Positions 27,242 through 39,519 of a DNA stretch of 64,000 bases are shown here, in pieces. The DNA is from Daphnia carinata. Its lineage: Eukaryota. Position 1 is the stretch's first letter. Each line of letters starts with the position of its first letter. The stretch covers positions 2,108,001-2,172,000 of the forward strand of contig NC_081334.1 of the NCBI RefSeq assembly GCF_022539665.2, in the 5' to 3' direction. The translations under genes were made by a program, and so were the position numbers. The notes beneath the pieces are model-generated. The model was not told the DNA's origin and did not search any database. It saw nothing but the letters and a program-made list of their open reading frames with translations.

Positions 27242-30200
27242 ATGTCAAAGCGAATACTACAAACAAATGGTGAGAGGAAGAAAACAACAAATTCTGCAAC
27301 ACTAAGTTTGTCGAATACTGGTAAAAATGTTATTGTGGATATGAAATCAGATGACAGTGAGGAGGAGATCAATATAAGGAAAGGGGTGTTCACTGCTAAA
27401 CGTAAGTTTTTTCTAATTCAGATATCTAGTATGGATTAACTAAAAACTTTATAATAGGCACTTCAACAAGATTAAGTCAATCGAGAGAAGATGCAGAGAG
27501 CCCATCATTATCAAGTTCAAGAAAAAGGAAGTCATGGATTTGGTCACATTTTGATGAAATTGGCAATACCCGGACAGGCAAGTGTAAATACTGCCCAGCC
27601 AAGTTTGTCATTAGTGGCACAGGAACAATGTCAAAGCACATTCATTCCAAACACTCAACTATTCTGGCTCACTCAAATCACAGCACCTCAAATCTTAATG
27701 GGAAAAGTGGGAAACTTGAAACAAAATGTGGAATGTCAAAGGGAATACTAGGCTCAAATTCTGTTGCGCAAAAAACATCCAATTCACCATTATCAAATTT
27801 ATTGAGCACAAGTGGAATTGTGACTTCTGAATTGAATGAAAGTGATGAAGATGGTGAACAAATTAGCTCAAAACAAGAAGTGAAGGCACCCAAGCGTAAG
27901 TTATTTTCATTTTCATTACCTGAATGAAGTAAATAAATATTCTGCAATAGGCAAAGCAACATCTTTGGGTCAGCTGAGAGAAGAAATTGAGAGTCCATCT
28001 TTTTCACATTCAAAGAAGAGGAAGTCATGGATTTGGATGCATTTTGATGAAATTGGTAACACCCGAACATGCAAGTGTAAGTACTGTCCATCGAGTTTTG
28101 TCATCAGTGGTACTGGCACAATGTCAAAGCACATGCGTTCAAAACACCCGGCTTTGCTCTCTCAGTCAAATCAAAGCCCTGCAGTTTCCACAGGGGAAGT
28201 TATGCAACCATTTAAGGTACACTTCTCAGCTGTTTTGTAATAATTTCTCTATTATTTTTATTAATAAGGTCTTCTAAATTTTAGTATGATGTAAATGCTG
28301 CCCATAAAGCATATGGCGAGTTTGTTGTGTCCGGCGGTCATGCACTTACGCTAGGCGAACAACTCGAATTTCGAAATTTTATTTCAAAACTTCGTCCGTT
28401 GTACAAACCTCTAAGTGGGGCTGTAGTGAAGGATAGATTAATGGAAACTTACGAAAGATTGAGACTCCAAGTCATTGAAAAACTCAGTAAAAGCAAAGTA
28501 GCCTTAACTACTGACCTGTGGACATCACCTAACAATTTGTCATTCATGGGCATCACTGCTGTCATTTGGAATGAAAGGTCTACACCTGTTGAGATCATCA
28601 TTGGTTGTAAACAAATAGTTGGGGACCAGTCTGGCGTTAACTTGGCAGAGAAGTTCTGCGAGATCGTTTCATTGTACCAGCTTAACGAAAATGTACTGTT
28701 GTTCTATTTACTAGTTTAAATTGACTATGTTTATACTAATGGTGTTCTTCTAGATTTTGGCTATCACGACAGATAATGCCACTTCGAATCAAACTTTTAT
28801 GGATCACATAATTCAGTGGACTAAGGATAATTCTCATCCCTTCAACAAAGACAGTTGGATCCGTTGTTTTGCACATATTATAAACCTATGTGTAAAATGT
28901 GCACTTGAAGACATGTTTGTACTCCTTCAAAAGGTGATCAAGAATGAATCTTAAATATTTTGAGACCATTCTTATTTTATTCGTATTATTTGTTTGTTTT
29001 ACAGCTTCGTGATCTCATTGTCGCAATCAGAGCTTCATTAGAACGAGTCCAACAATTTAAGGAAATCCTTAAAGAATGCGAATTTGAACTTTCTGAGTTG
29101 GACTATGAAGAAGACGAACTCTTTTCTTTCGACGGAGCTGTAATTACAGATGATCTACTTCCGTTCTTGGATTGCCGAGAGCAGTGGAGCTCAACATACT
29201 TTTTCCTTAAACGTGGATTGAAGCTTAGACGGGCCATTGACGAAATTGCGAAAGATCAAGAGCTATGTCAGAACGAATTGAAAGAGGAGGACTGGCTAAT
29301 TCTTGAACAAGTGTTTTCTTTTTTGGAAAAGTTCGCATTAGTAACAACGTATGTTGAGACAAGTCATTTTCCTACATTGTCTCTTGTTATACCGATGTAC
29401 AATCGGTTATTGAACCTTCTGGAAGAAACTTCGCGAGATGAAAGTAAGCATACGTTGATTGTAAAGGGCGCCTCAGCCGGACTACAGATATTATCAGCGT
29501 ACTACGAGGAAGCATCTCCTTTGCTCATGGCAGCCACGTTTATGGACCCCAGGTGCAAAATGCAATATTTCGTCGAGAGTGGGTGCAATTTTGGTGGTGA
29601 AACTGGTGATGGATGCACCGTAATAGAAGATCGAATGGCAGCTAGAGTTAAGCCAGTGTAAGTGGGAAAAGGTTTTTAAAAGTGCGTTTCCGATCATTAC
29701 TATTATTTAATTTTTTATTTTCAGGATCGAGAAGTTATGGAGGGAATATAACATAAGAACCAACCCATGCGATCCTTCATCCAACAGTAATCTCGAAAAT
29801 GTGCCAAAGAATGAAAGTTCAGCAATCTTACAAAAAGGCCTCACCATCACCAAAACTCAAATTAACACTTATATTGCAAATGTTATATTTGGGCGGAATC
29901 GCACACCAAGTATTAAGCCGGAAAAGGATGAAATGAAAGAGTATGAGGAGGAGGAAACTGAACCTGCTGACTGTAATCAGACGGCCGTTTTCGATTATTG
30001 GTCGAGTAGGTCTACGCGATGGCCACGGCTGTCTGTCATGGCCAAAGACTTGCTATGCATCCCTGCCACGAGTGCCGCTAGCAAGCGGGCTTTTAGTACT
30101 GGTAGAGATTTATTTGGGATTGCAAAAATGACGCTGACTCTGGAAACTGTCGAAGCTCTCGTGTGCTTGCGCTCCTGGTATAAAGCAGGACTAGTGGAAG

Positions 30201-30253
30201 AAATGGACGTTCAAGAATTCATTGAAAAAGATGTTGGCAGTCACAACGATTAA
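27242..30253 (+). CDS. hAT transposase-derived ZBED-like protein with two BED zinc fingers and a C-terminal dimerization domain
   Basis: Two KSWIWxHF...CKYC...GTGTMSKH..SKH fingers, ALTTDLWTS, AITTDNATSN, WIRCFAHIINL, FMDPRCK and DYW...WPRLSVMAKDLLCIPATSAASKRAFS. Seven exons with GT-AG introns. Confidence 0.85.
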
Positions 30254-30390
30254 GATTATTGGTTTAGTGGTCTGCATACGGAACAGTTACGTTATAAATT
30301 TAACCTTATTGCGACTTTATTTTTTTAATGCCCCTAAATATCTCCTAAATGAAAAATACATTTTGTATCATTGAAAACGAAATGTGACAG

Positions 30391-30868
30391 GTGTGGATCG
30401 GTTACCATAGTTATGGGATTAGGGTAATGTCAACCTTTGGTTGGCTAAAGCAGAGCAGCTGATTGTCTGTCGGCGTGGCGGTGTGAAATGTCCGTAGCAG
30501 AATTTTACCAACTCCTAATAGAGAACTACTACCAATAGATTCATTCTTGCTCACATTTGTGAGCAAATGGTACACTAACATCCCATAAATATCAGTCTGA
30601 TCGATAGTATTTTGCCATCCAGGCCTTGTGGCAACTGCTATGTAGCTACTTTTTACCTGATGGAACAAGGATTCTCCATTGTTATTGAAGATGTTACAAA
30701 TGGTAATGCTTTTTACAAAGTTAGTTGGGTTTTCTAACTTTAATCAAACATTTTTCATATTAGGCAGAACACTGCTGAAAGACAGCAGGACCATAGCAAA
30801 CAAGACTTTGGAAAATGTCTACGCCAAGCATGATGACTACATTTGTCTTCCCACAATAAATTAGCTGC
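30391..30868 (+). pseudogene. Decayed copy 1 of an unidentified Cys-rich spliced gene
   Basis: Colinear similarity to 31938-32573. Fragments NLWLAKAEQLIVC and PSRPCGNCYVATFYLMEQGFSIVIEDVTN|GRTLLKDS, with stops and frameshifts. Confidence 0.55.
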
Positions 30869-31290
30869 TTTGCCTTGCCAATTACAATGAAGAAAAATAG
30901 TCAGAGTAAGATATATTAAAAGGTAGTGCCATATCATTTTTTTTTGTATTGGTATATCTCTTGAAGTGCTGATACACGAGTAGAAGTTTCTCGAATTCAG
31001 GACCAGGCAGGAAAAGTTTGTGAAAAAAGAACTTCACCGAAGTGTCATCCATTAGTCCTGTACAAACCAGGTAGGCGCTATAGCGTACTGGCGCGCTATC
31101 ATTGCGTCAAAAATTCGGTAATTGTATTTGTATTTAAAAAACGATTAACTTAATGAAAAAAATAGCAATATCCCGGAATCATCATTTAATTTTGAGTATA
31201 GGCTGTGAGATTCAACCAATTCCGACCAGTATTAGTTTTGCAGAAAAAAATTTTAAGCCCGACTTTTCTTAGTCTTTCATGTCGTTCTTT

Positions 31291-31884
31291 CATGGTGTAC
31301 AAGAAGGGTGAAAGAACTCTCCATTTTAAGGCCTATCTCCAATGAAGCCTGTTTTCTGACGAGGTGGGTGTGGGCTAACTGGGGTTAGATATAGCTGAAG
31401 CCGCCATCGGAACTACTTAGAAGTACTGAGGAGATCTACTAGTATCGTGGTAGGAGAGTAATTACAAATTCAGTGGTCTAATGGATAGAACACTCGATTG
31501 CAGTACGGGAGTCTCGAGTTCGAACCCAGTGTAAATCTTTCTTATTTCTCCTTTCCTAACGTAAACTGGCCACGCGCGGCGCGTACAAACAACAAGTAAA
31601 AACAAGATTTTTTCCCACGTCTTCCACATTTTATACGAACTAAACATAAAAATACGATAATATAACTACACAAAGGTTAGAAGTTAATTTTGATATGTAA
31701 CAGGTAATGGGACACGTCCCATTGTTTGGACTTAGAAAATTTTTCAAGTAGGTGCAGCCTTTACCTTTTACTTCAATATCGGCCACTAGGCGTCTCTGAC
31801 AATATCTAACCTAGACCCCAAATAGCCTTCAGCCGAGATAGGCCGTTATAACGAGGAGTTCTTTCACCATCCTTGTACACCATG
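31291..31884. mobile_element. Non-autonomous TIR element (MITE), possibly P-superfamily
   Basis: Left end CATGGTGTACAAGAAGGGTGAAAGAACTC versus reverse-complemented right end CATGGTGTACAAGGATGGTGAAAGAACTC (27 of 29 match). Flanks gttcttt and cttcttt resemble a degenerate TSD. Confidence 0.8.
31468..31532 (+). other. Degenerate tRNA-like segment (A box and B box) inside the MITE
   Basis: TGGTCTAATGG followed by GAGTTCGAACCC at tRNA-like spacing. The acceptor stem does not pair. Confidence 0.5.
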
Positions 31885-31937
31885 CTTCTTTTCATACATC
31901 TGTAAACCGAAGGGCGATGATTTCGAAATATGGCAGA

Positions 31938-32573
31938 TGTGGATCGGTTAACTTATTATGATTCTATCTACCTTTGGTTAGCAAAAAGAGAACAGCTGAC
32001 TATCTGTCAAGCGTGCCGGTGTGATTTGTCCGTGGCAGAAGCAGTCTAGAAAGTCAACGGAATATAGTGCCGTCTCATCTATAATTTTAGATGACATCCT
32101 TTATGTCACATCAATGAAAATTCTAATCCTTCTAATAGATTTACCCAACTGTGAGCAAGAGTCAACTTCGGGATTGTAAGCCCTCAGCGAGCCATATTCA
32201 AGTTGTAGCACAAAGTTTGTACAGCCGTGATTATTCCAGAACACCTATGCAGTAGTAAATGCTTGGCAGGAAAATGGTACGATAAAATCCCATAAATATC
32301 AATCTAATGGATAGATTTTTCCATCCAGGTTTTGCGGCAACTGCCATATAGCTTCTTATTGCATGATGGAACAAGGATTCTCCATCGTCATCAAGTATGT
32401 TACACATGGTAATGCATTTCTACAGAGTTAGCTACTTTTCTAACGTTAATCAAACATTTGCCATTTTAGGCGGAACGCTGCTGAAAGAAAGCAGGGACAT
32501 GGCGAACAGGACTTCGGAAAATGTCTACCCCAAGGGTGATGATTACATTTGTCTTCTCACCATTAATCAGCTG
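31938..32573 (+). pseudogene. Decayed copy 2 of the same Cys-rich gene
   Basis: DVDRLTYYDSIYLWLAKREQLTICQACRCDLSVAE and PSRFCGNCHIASYCMMEQGFSIVIKYVTH|GGTLLKES, with the intron position shared with copy 1 and in-frame stops. Confidence 0.55.
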
Positions 32574-34931
32574 TAGGATAAAACTTGATGTACTATCAAA
32601 ATATTTCACTCTTTTTTATTAGTAAAATGCAACACAACTTAATTGTTCTTTTTCTCTCATTTAGGGTTTCCTGGGTAAAACTGTGCTGCTAATGTAATAT
32701 TACTGATACTTGCTAATTTGTCCAGCAGTCATTTAGGAGGATGATGAAATCAGGAGGTTAAGAAGAAGCATATGTCTAACGTTGAATTTTTGAATGGGTT
32801 TACCCAACATTTTTTCATTAGCTCATAGAACAGCCAGCCAATGACACACAATTTAACTGTTTGATAACTTTTTGGAAGGACATTATATGACGGAGGATCA
32901 GCCATTTAAAGTGGTATTTTATGTAGATATTTCAACTACTCATTTTTGTTTGTGGTGAACATACATTCCTCAATAACAAAACAAAAAAATGTTTTGCTTT
33001 CTAGATTGGGCTGAATCACATTTCTGTTATTCTGTGGCTGATAGATGGACTGATACTGATTAACTTTTTTTGCGTAATTAATTTTTTTCGTTATTTTTGT
33101 TAAAATTCCAGTCTGCATTGGTTCTGTTATGCGGACAAATAGCTTATCTTTTTTTTCAAGGTTATAATTGGATAGTGTAAAGCTGATTAGATTCATTTAG
33201 GTGTTCATTTTACTGTGAACTATTGATATTTTGCATTCCATATAATCATAATTCCCAGTGAAAAATTGAAGTGCTGGAAAACAAAATTAATTTTCTTTAC
33301 AATTTGATTTCAGGGTATCTTTAGATTTTTATACTTTTTAGTTTATTCAAGAGTCTGCAAGATCTTTGTTAACTTCCTCATTCAGATATCGCCTGTCGAC
33401 GATTTCACAGCCTCACGCAATTAAAGAACGTATAACAAAAAGTAAGTGATCTAAAGTATTGAACATAATGCAATGTATTCTAACTATACCATTCAAAACG
33501 AAATTCCAGGCCAAAATGATCTATTCGGAGCAGAAAAAATGAAGGTGTATCCATTTAATTGAAAAAGGCACACGATAACGCACAATCGATGTCCTTGTCT
33601 CAGTGGAGAATTTTTTTCCGTGAAACATATGGCCGAATTCTATCGCAGCTGTTCAAGAAAAAAATTGTATTGTCAGAAGACTTAATGTTTACTAGCTTGA
33701 AATCCAGAAATGTGTGAAGTTGCGAAATTTCTAGATGTGAAGTGCAATCAAGCTTCTTGTTGAATTGTGAAGCCAAATTATGTATTTTCCTAGACATATC
33801 TAGGTTTTTTGATAAATAAATGAAAGACATTGAAAAAACCGGGCTCAAAAACATGTTAAATCGCTATATTTTAAAAATGCTTTTAATGGTTTTGGTCGCT
33901 ATATTTGTTTAAATAAAATTGAAATGGTACAAATATGGGGGTGGGGGGCCTTACCCTCATATTTGGCATTCACGCTCAATTCACGCTCAAGAAGTTCGTT
34001 AAAAGGGTTCACATCAGTTCCCGTCTCGAAAAAACAAGATTTTCAATTTATTGAATATTTCGGTTATTAATTGGAAAACAAGATGACGCTGCTGTGCTAC
34101 TGGGGGTACTGGTGACTGTGGGGGTAGTGAAACCTGTGTTCGAAAGTTTTTGTGAAGTATGTCATATTCCAAGGGAAAGTTCAAGCAAATCTAATGGTGG
34201 TTCTGTGTGTTTTCGTCCTAGAGTGTGTTTTGCAAGTGAAGCCCACAAAATGCTTGGTTTTTATGTTACATGTCTTGTAATCACCTATGTCAGCTGTCAA
34301 ACCAAAAAACTATTCGCAACCCATTATGTTGCATTCATCAAACTATTCTGGTGCTCATTGAGAGGTATAAGACTAATGTTTTGTTATCAGAATCTCACTG
34401 ACGGATTTTGCTTTTAAGGTTTAGCTCATGAAACTTCATTTGTTAAGGATACTTCCAGTTGAGGAATATCACCAAAGATGCAAATCCTATGGGTAGGAAT
34501 ACCATAATATTATTCTTCTCATCTTTACCGGCTCATGGTCGCCTGTCAATTGTAATCTAACTGGTGCACCAAATTCGTCTTATGCTGCAGCAGCAACTGT
34601 AACCCCAGCCAATTCGGCAGTTTTAATCTCTACTTAGCCTACCAACAGACATAGACATGTGACTCAACACAATTTCTATTGGTATTCGTAAATTTTTCTC
34701 ATTCCTAGTATAGTTTGCTTGTTTTATAAATTCAATATTCAACCATAGGACTGCCAACTCTTTGCTGTCTGCTGCCTATTTGCTGGCCCTACAGTATTTC
34801 TAGCCATTGGACAACAGAAGTAAGTCAAATTGCTTTCATACATTTGGCTACATCAGCAATCTTGTATTTCCCACTAAGTAATTCTTTTTCTTTACATTTA
34901 CGATACAGAATAAAGCCTTCTTTCTCTTCTC

Positions 34932-35160
34932 CACGCCCGTCTTCACCTCGCCCGTCATCCCGTCTTCGCTTCGCCTGTCATCCCGTCTTCGCATCGCCCG
35001 TCGCCTCGCCCGTCGCCTCGCCCGTCGCCCCTTCTTCGCCTCGCCCGTCGTCCTGTCTACGCCTCGCCGGTCATCCCTTTTTCGCCTCGTGGTCGCCCCG
35101 CCTTCGCCTCGCCCGCCATCCCGTCTTTGCTTCGTGGTCGCCGCGTCTTCGCCTCGTCGT
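34932..35160. repeat. GC-rich low-complexity repeat (CGCCCGTCGCCT-like units)
   Basis: Repeated tcgcccgtcgcc and cgtcttcgc units. Confidence 0.75.
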
Positions 35161-35659
35161 TTTGGTATTGTGTGTGTTTTGCAATGTTTATTCTTAACTA
35201 ACCCGTTGGCTGCCACCCACCTTTTATCCCCTTTTTTTTGTAGCTTGACAGGGACGGGCCGCGCTGTTCTGCTCCATGGCTATCTGCCATGGGGTGGAGC
35301 AGCGCCACTGCCCAAGATTGGCCGAATGGCCCATAGGCAATGCACCATAGGGAATCCCTTGTTCGAGACGGCGATGTAGACCTGGGATGTGCATTTCCGT
35401 AAAGGTCTCATCGCCGTTTCAGCCCGGACTGTCCTCAGTCCCCCTTGGTCGCTATCCCTATGATAGCGACGTAGCGACCGTAGTTTTAAGATGGCGTAGC
35501 AGCCAACGGGTTAGTTTTAAGTGTATTTATGTATGTATTGTTGTATGTATTGTGTGTAATATGTATAGTGGTGGATTTGTGGGTGGAAGGAGGGAAAATA
35601 AAATGCTTTTTAACACTACTTTTTTTTTGCATTTATTTCTTAAGTTGTTTTATTGACCG

Positions 35660-35722
35660 ATATGGGGATCGAACCCAAGTATTCTAGCATGCTAATCAAT
35701 AACTTTGCCATTATGCCATCTA
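35660..35722 (-). other. Degenerate tRNA-like segment
   Basis: The minus strand reads TGGCATAATGG...GGGTTCGATCCCC (A box and B box). The cloverleaf is incomplete. Confidence 0.45.
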
Positions 35723-35814
35723 TAACTTGTTATTATGATGATAGGCATTCCATAATAACCTAGTGTCGAACTTATTTCAACATAGGCATCAAAATTTGAA
35801 TCAATGTTAGTACG

Positions 35815-35882
35815 GACTGTCATGGCTTAATGGTAGCGCGATGTGCTGGAATGCTATAGGTTTGTCGTTCAAGTCCCTTACC
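35815..35882 (+). other. Degenerate tRNA-like segment
   Basis: TGGCTTAATGG...GTTCAAGTCCC (A box and B box). The cloverleaf is incomplete. Confidence 0.4.
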
Positions 35883-37847
35883 AATCGAATATATCCACGC
35901 TTGTCAAGCTTGAGAAAAGCTTGAGCTTTCATCATTCCATGCAGCTTTCAACGATAAACCAATGGAAACAATGCTTACCATTAAAAGTGACAAAAACAAA
36001 GCAAAAAAAAAAAAGTTGATATATGTTATGTGTGAACACAGCTAACACAGACGAATTTTGCAAAAAATATTTTATAAAAAAAATTTTATTGACAATTCTC
36101 TGCGCATTACAATTATTTTTGCAACTTTAAAAAGGCACAATAGCCCTTTCAAAAGTTGCCGTCAACCCAGGCAGGGGGAGACACTGCCTTGTTGACCCAC
36201 CGGGGAGATTACCCGGTGATTGGCTAAGAGAAGCCGGAAGAAGAGCTGAAGATTTGGAACATTTTTACAGGAGCGATTAACCTTTAGTTCGGATTTGTGG
36301 ATAGCCACATCGCCCTCCGTGAACACATCATCGGACTATGCGGACCCCCACGTCCCCTTTCCGGCCAGAGCCCTCCAAACCTCGGTATATGTTGTTTTTA
36401 TATATACCGTACAGTAGGGGAATGACCCCCTACGGGCTTATTACGAGTCAAGGGGAAACGGGGCTACGGAAAGGAAGGGAGCCCAGATATGCACTTCAAT
36501 TTTTTAAATATAAAATACCGTCTCGGGAATCCGAATGAAGTATAGAAATATGTCATCCATCCAATCATTACAATTTATTCAGTGTCATGCCCCAACCAAG
36601 AATTTTTTCAGATCCAATGTTACTATTAACCTACACTGAGAAAAGAAAAACAACACCATTAACCATCTCAATTGTTGCTCATGTGACTTACATGACTCAT
36701 AGATTCAACTTCTGACAGAAGCTTGGGAAAGGCCATACAAATTGTAGATGAAAATCATTGTATAAGGCTCTTGAATGATAAAATAACACCCCTAGAATGT
36801 TGCATTGTTGATAGTTGTGTTCCCAGTATGCTGAAAATCCTTTTCTATTGGATAATTTTTTTTTTGTAGATTAGAAATGTTTGGCAAAAAGGAGGAGAAA
36901 AGCTTCATCGTAAATTCAAAAATTTTTCAAGAAAATTCCTTTCATACCTAAAGAGTCCATGTATGATGTTCATCGCTGCAATGCCAGTGAAGTGAAACAT
37001 CTTTAGGGCCATTTAAGTACCCAGCTTCACCAACACTCTGAACGTAAAGGACAAGGTGTTCTTTAGCAAGAGAAGCAGAATTATTTGAGGCTTCTAGCTG
37101 TGACAGAACTATAAAGGATTGCTGTTGTACCGGATTCATTAACAAAAGATGGTACTTCTCATTAGACAATTTGCATTACTCTATTACTTTACCTCACACC
37201 TTAACGGTAATGCACTCTGTGTTTTTTCAGCTACAGGCTGACTCTTCCATCCTGTAACACTTCCAGACTTGACTTGATCTCCCCGCTAAAATTCTGTGAA
37301 TGCAAAATAATAGCATTAAAAATACTTTTTCGATAGACAAAGAACGGGGAAGTACCTAATCCATGTTTTAGGTTGAACTCGTGCCATTTCTGGGTTTCCG
37401 TACCACACCCATTTTTGGCCCAAATACAGTCCCACAATTGTTCAGTTCCATCGCTGCATGGACTGATTACGAACAATAATTGAGCCTGCAGGTTCATAAT
37501 TAGAGCTAAAAAACAATAATTAATAATTGAAAACTAATATAATAATCTTTGTACTTACCATCCTTATCTTTTATTATCTTATCCATTTTAACATATTTTT
37601 CTCCAGCCACACGTTATTCTCCATCCACGCTACTCAACTAACTGCGAATGGCATCCAATGGACTGAAATTGCCTACATGCCAGTAATAACGAGTCTGAGC
37701 GGTAGATGGCTACGTGTCGGAAAAAAAGAAAAAAGTGTAATTTTTTTTTTGGCGAATTTTTTTTTTTTGGGGGGGTAAAACGGATTGCCATTTCCAGTGA
37801 TTCATTGTGATGCTTACAAAATTGTCTTAATTCTTTCTTTTTCCAAA

Positions 37848-38085
37848 GCCATCTATGAATAGGCATGAACACCATACCCAATGGCATCTACGAAGAGACA
37901 TGCCCACCAAACACACGCGCCATCTATGAGCAGACACGCACACCAAGCAGGCGCGCCATCTATGAGCAGACACGCACACCAAGCAGGCGCGCTATCTATG
38001 AGCAGAACACACACCAAACGCCACGCCATCTATGCGCCATCTATGTGCAGATATGCATACCAAACCCAACGCCATCTATGAACAG
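37848..38085. repeat. Minisatellite, about 36-bp unit, about 7 degenerate copies
   Basis: The unit cgcgccatctatgagcagacacgcacaccaagcagg occurs twice exactly and several more times degenerately. Confidence 0.85.
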
Positions 38086-39519
38086 ATAAGCGTATACACA
38101 TTCAAAACAGATTTTCTAAAACGCTATTGATGTGTAAGTGAAGTAATTTTCCCCCGTACGTCGTCCCTCATTTAGCAGGAGAACGATGTCTCCCATTAAC
38201 CTTTTCGTGATATCTAAATAAATTTTAGAAACAATGTTTAAGCAATCTATGTGGGTACCTTATTAGTTTGTCGAATGTTGGGAAGGCTTAGGGACAGGAA
38301 TAGATGTATTTTTTTTCTTTTCACAGGTTTGGCTCTCGAACATCATGATTAGAGTAGTTGTCTTTGGTAGAAGAATAATCTTCTGAGATGAAGTCAGAAA
38401 GACCAAGTAGGCTACTAGCACTGTTGAAGTAGTTCTCCTCAACTAGTCACAATCGTTGCAGTTATCTACACATTTACATGCATTACTACACCATCCCTTC
38501 CCAACCTATTCCTGTTCATCTGTTTCTATTTAACAATCAAGCTAGAATTCCTTTGCCTGTGTTTCTGCTGCCATTAAATTTTGTTATTATAATAACAAAT
38601 GCCATAACAATCTATATTTACCAAACAGATAAGCTTATGGATGTAGCAAATCTCAGAACAATCTATAAATCAAAAGAAGCAAATGGTAATAAAAAATGGA
38701 AACATTATCACTATACATAAATATTTACCTGTGCAATCTCCACAGTGCTATTCCCCACACTGGTAACAACCACTATTATAATGTATAAATATTTATCCAT
38801 CTCACAAGCAATTAATAAGGTTTTCAACTACTTGCATGATAAGTCTACTGACATCTGAGCTACGGCACATGCAACTCTTCCAGAGCGTTACTGAACTATG
38901 AACTTCGAGATATGAATCTGGGCTTCGCGAGACGGCGTTGCTCGCCAGGTGAGGCAGTGAACGCCATCTAGCGAAGACCAGTTTTCGCGGGACGTCCTAT
39001 TTTAGAACCCGCTCTCCCAGGCTATGTCAATCTTTAAGGGAACATTTTTTTCCACCATGTCCCATCATTAAGATGATTTTGGATTACCTCTCAGGTAACT
39101 GCTTTGATTGGCTAAATACTGATACAACTTCACGTCATGGTAGAAACTGTACTCTGAGACAAATAAACCTTCGATTTACGTTTACCGATATTCCCAGAGA
39201 ATTGGCTGAAAAGCTTTCTAAACGTTACAGCATAACAGTAACCTTTGTTTTTTAAAAATCTCTTGCGTTAACTAACCTGAACTAAAGTAAAATTCAATCA
39301 AGGATTCTTCAATGTGATAGATGTTCAGTATCAATGGTTTTCGTGTGTCCTTTCCTTGTAGAGATCAACTCCGTTCTGACTCAACGTAATCCCCATTAGT
39401 AACCTGAAACAGATCCGCCGCATTTACGCTTAAAAACAGATTCGTTTCGTTTCAGCGACACAAATACGCAACACCAGACACCCCTGAAATCTAAATAGGC
39501 AAATCTGATATATTATGTT

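Noticed and set aside
31468..31532. Functional tRNA-Cys(GCA)
   Set aside because: The acceptor stem and other stems do not pair; only the A and B boxes remain.
34844..35379. Arg/Pro/Ser-rich ORFs on both strands
   Set aside because: They arise from GC-rich low-complexity repeats and show no domain or splice structure.
36948..37497. Minus-strand ORF fragments as a transposase relic
   Set aside because: Only a vague HWHC resemblance, with no convincing motif series.
37848..38085. CRISPR-like array, or coding ORFs at 37865-38089 and 37881-38081
   Set aside because: The units are contiguous tandem copies without unique spacers, there are no cas genes, and the context is eukaryotic. The ORFs are by-products of a 36-bp repeat.
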